A stretch of DNA of 63,556 nucleotides, counting the filler, from Kipferlia bialata (Eukaryota): NCBI GenBank assembly GCA_003568945.1. It is 7 parts of 7 records of this genome, joined end to end, with 100 filler letters (N's around TTAATTAATTAA, not from the genome) between each part and the next. Parts side by side here need not be neighbours in the genome. Positions count along the whole stretch, not along the records: positions 53,740 to 63,556 come from BDIP01001552.1; 6 more parts are not named here. One strand, given 5' to 3'. Within the stretch, counting starts at the first letter, position 1. Each line of letters opens with the position of its first letter. The notes beneath the pieces were generated by a model. The model saw only the letters and a program-made list of their open reading frames with translations, did not search any database and was not told the origin of the DNA. The position numbers were made by a program, and so were the translations under genes. Below, piece after piece: positions 61,658-63,556 of this stretch.

Positions 61658-62932
61658 TCAGTCAACTAAGTAGCTAATTAGCTCATTCATACGGCGCTGG
61701 ATATCAATGCTCTCTCGAATCACCTTCACATCTTCCTCAGCCTTAGCTTCAAACTCAGCAACACGAAGACGCGTCCGTCTGCTATCGGCACGCATCCTCT
61801 CGAGCGTGCGACGGGTAGCCAACACGGCCTCGTGCAGTTCATCCCTTATCTCATCCGTCTTATGATCCCCGGGCAGGGAGTCTGCGTGAACGGAGTCTTC
61901 TAGGATGAGAATTTACTACATGTGTGTGTGGGGGGGGGAGGGGGTAAGACTAGTCTTTCCCGCACATATGGGTCCACTTTAGACAGTAAAACTAGTCAGA
62001 ATTGGTACAATTTGGGTTGGAGAAGGAGAAGAAACAGTACTAAAGGCCCAGAGTCAGTTACATTGACATACATTCAGATATACAGACAACAAGTGAGAAT
62101 ATACTGATATAGTATTTCTCATACCCGTGACAACACCTGCTGTAGGGGTTGCAGAGGCACCTACTGTAGGGGTTGCAGCAGTGAGGGTCGCACCAAGGGC
62201 AGGATCCGGACAGGCGGCTGGGGTAAGATAGAATGGAAGGGTAGGAACGTAGAGAGAGAGAGAGAGGGGGGGGGGTTTAGGGTTAGGAAGCAAGGGAGTG
62301 AGACTCTCATCAGTCCTCGTAGAGGACTCCTCGTCTGTCTGTCTCGCTCACAGGGGTCTACTCTAAACTGTAGATGTACTAAGATAATTGGTGCTATTTC
62401 AAATAGCCTATCTGGGTTGGCGAAGGGGAGGTGGAAGGAAATTGAGGAATATGAATGACGAATGAAGGAAACATGTCACTATTCTAGGCCTTTTGTCAGC
62501 TGCATTCGCAAATATTTACATATATAGGCAGCAAGAGCTCCTTATGTACTCATACCCATGGGAACAACTGCTGTATTAGTCGTGGTGGTAAGAGTACTTG
62601 TAAGGGCAGGAGCGGGGAGGGTGAAACAAAGAGAGAGAAAGAGAGAGGTTCATGGATAGGCAAGTAAGGAGCAGTGAAAGAAACTCTAAAGGAGGGGAGG
62701 GCTTGGTATTCAAGTAATCAGAGAGGAAGGGGCTTAAATATAGTATCTGAGATGTCAACCCTGGGGCAATGAATTTCATTATGAATGGTATTCGCACATC
62801 TATCTGAGATTGTACGTCACAATACATATATATGACGAAACTACGGGTCTAGAGTGCAAGTTCACAATCATCACCTGTTTTTGGCGCCCTCTTCTCCTCG
62901 TGCCCTGAGTCAACTTCAGCATTATCTCCCAT
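61658..62932 (-). CDS. Hypothetical small coiled-coil protein or decaying paralogue
   Basis: First exon 62932-62875 (MGDNAEVDSGHEEKRAPKT), exon about 62217-62125, last exon about 61899-61658 (…IRDELHEAVLATRRTLERMRADSRRTRLRVAEFEAKAEEDVKVIRESIDIQRRMNELISYLVD-stop). Middle exons are unclear. Confidence 0.5.
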
Positions 62933-63491
62933 GTCGGACTTAGTAGAAGGGAGGTTATGTTTGATTCAATGTCGGACTTTCCGGAAATCGGAACATTCCG
63001 ATTCGGGCAGGATCTCAACACAACTCAGTAGGGAGCCTTCCCTTCTACCGAGTGTGGCCTTGGCGCAACATGGGAGACGGCGCCGCAGTAGACCCGGAAC
63101 ACGAGGAGAGAGGGACACAAACACTAGGTGTGAAGTGAACACCTGGTCTGTATCTATACGATATCATATATAATGTATTTATTTATCTGTAGGTGTCTTA
63201 GATACGGTATCTTTATCAATATTGCATATTCCCTTACTGCCTTTGCAAACGCTGTCTCAGGCATAAACATCCTATTATGCCTTTTCCACCTTACAATATA
63301 GTCTATGTGTATCAATAAATACGTAGTGTGTTAAATATGCTTTCATAAATGGGTATGCCAGTATACCTCCTAATACTCTCTACTGCTTCAGGTGTTGACA
63401 TCCAGATATGACAGAATTAGGTCCCCTTCCATCTCTCGTTACTTGAATATCAAGTCATCTCTCTCCCCTTGCTTCTTAACCCTGGACCTCT

Positions 63492-63556
<65 letters not shown>
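62630..63556. repeat. Diverged inverted duplication centred near 62995
   Basis: Homologous first exons on opposite strands, shared GTTGACATC(T)CAGATA and CCCTTCC..TCTCT..TTACTTGAATA.CAAG blocks, and a central AATCGGAA-CA-TTCCGATT palindrome. Confidence 0.8.
63070..63556 (+). CDS. 5' part of an inverted paralogue of the 61658-62932 gene
   Basis: 58-nt first exon MGDGAAVDPEHEERGTQTL ends at a GT in the same phase as its minus-strand partner. Runs off the window end. Confidence 0.45.

Noticed and set aside
62268..62290. GGGTTTAGGGTTAGG telomere-like sequence
   Set aside because: Only about two units, within a pyrimidine-rich intron region of the minus strand.
1..63556. tRNA, rRNA or snRNA genes
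   Set aside because: None recognisable by eye. A covariance-model search would be needed to exclude divergent ones.

Overview
Eukaryotic, very intron-rich protist DNA, not prokaryotic. The window is seven unrelated scaffolds joined by artificial 100-nt N-TTAATTAATTAA-N spacers, so synteny across spacers is meaningless. Introns are short, rich in (TA)n and (GA)n, and end in a branch site fused to the acceptor (CTVAC-N2-5-YAG). This fits a free-living fornicate such as Kipferlia (inference). Recognisable spliced genes, many cut at contig ends: CCDC47, an LSm3-like last exon, a SWIM zinc-finger protein, two ABCA transporters, SLX1, a three-repeat Myb factor, SRP receptor alpha, WASHC4, an RNI-like LRR region followed by a DUSP domain, and a 24-aa-repeat fibre-like protein. 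The main unexplained structure is pervasive exon echoing. Many exons are preceded, inside the upstream intron, by copies of their own acceptor plus 5' half, and followed by copies of their 3' half plus donor. In several cases the two halves tile the exon almost exactly, and they differ from the intact exon almost only at synonymous positions. This looks like repeated, nested insertion of divergent allelic copies of an exon into the exon itself. All exon models were made by eye and boundaries are approximate.
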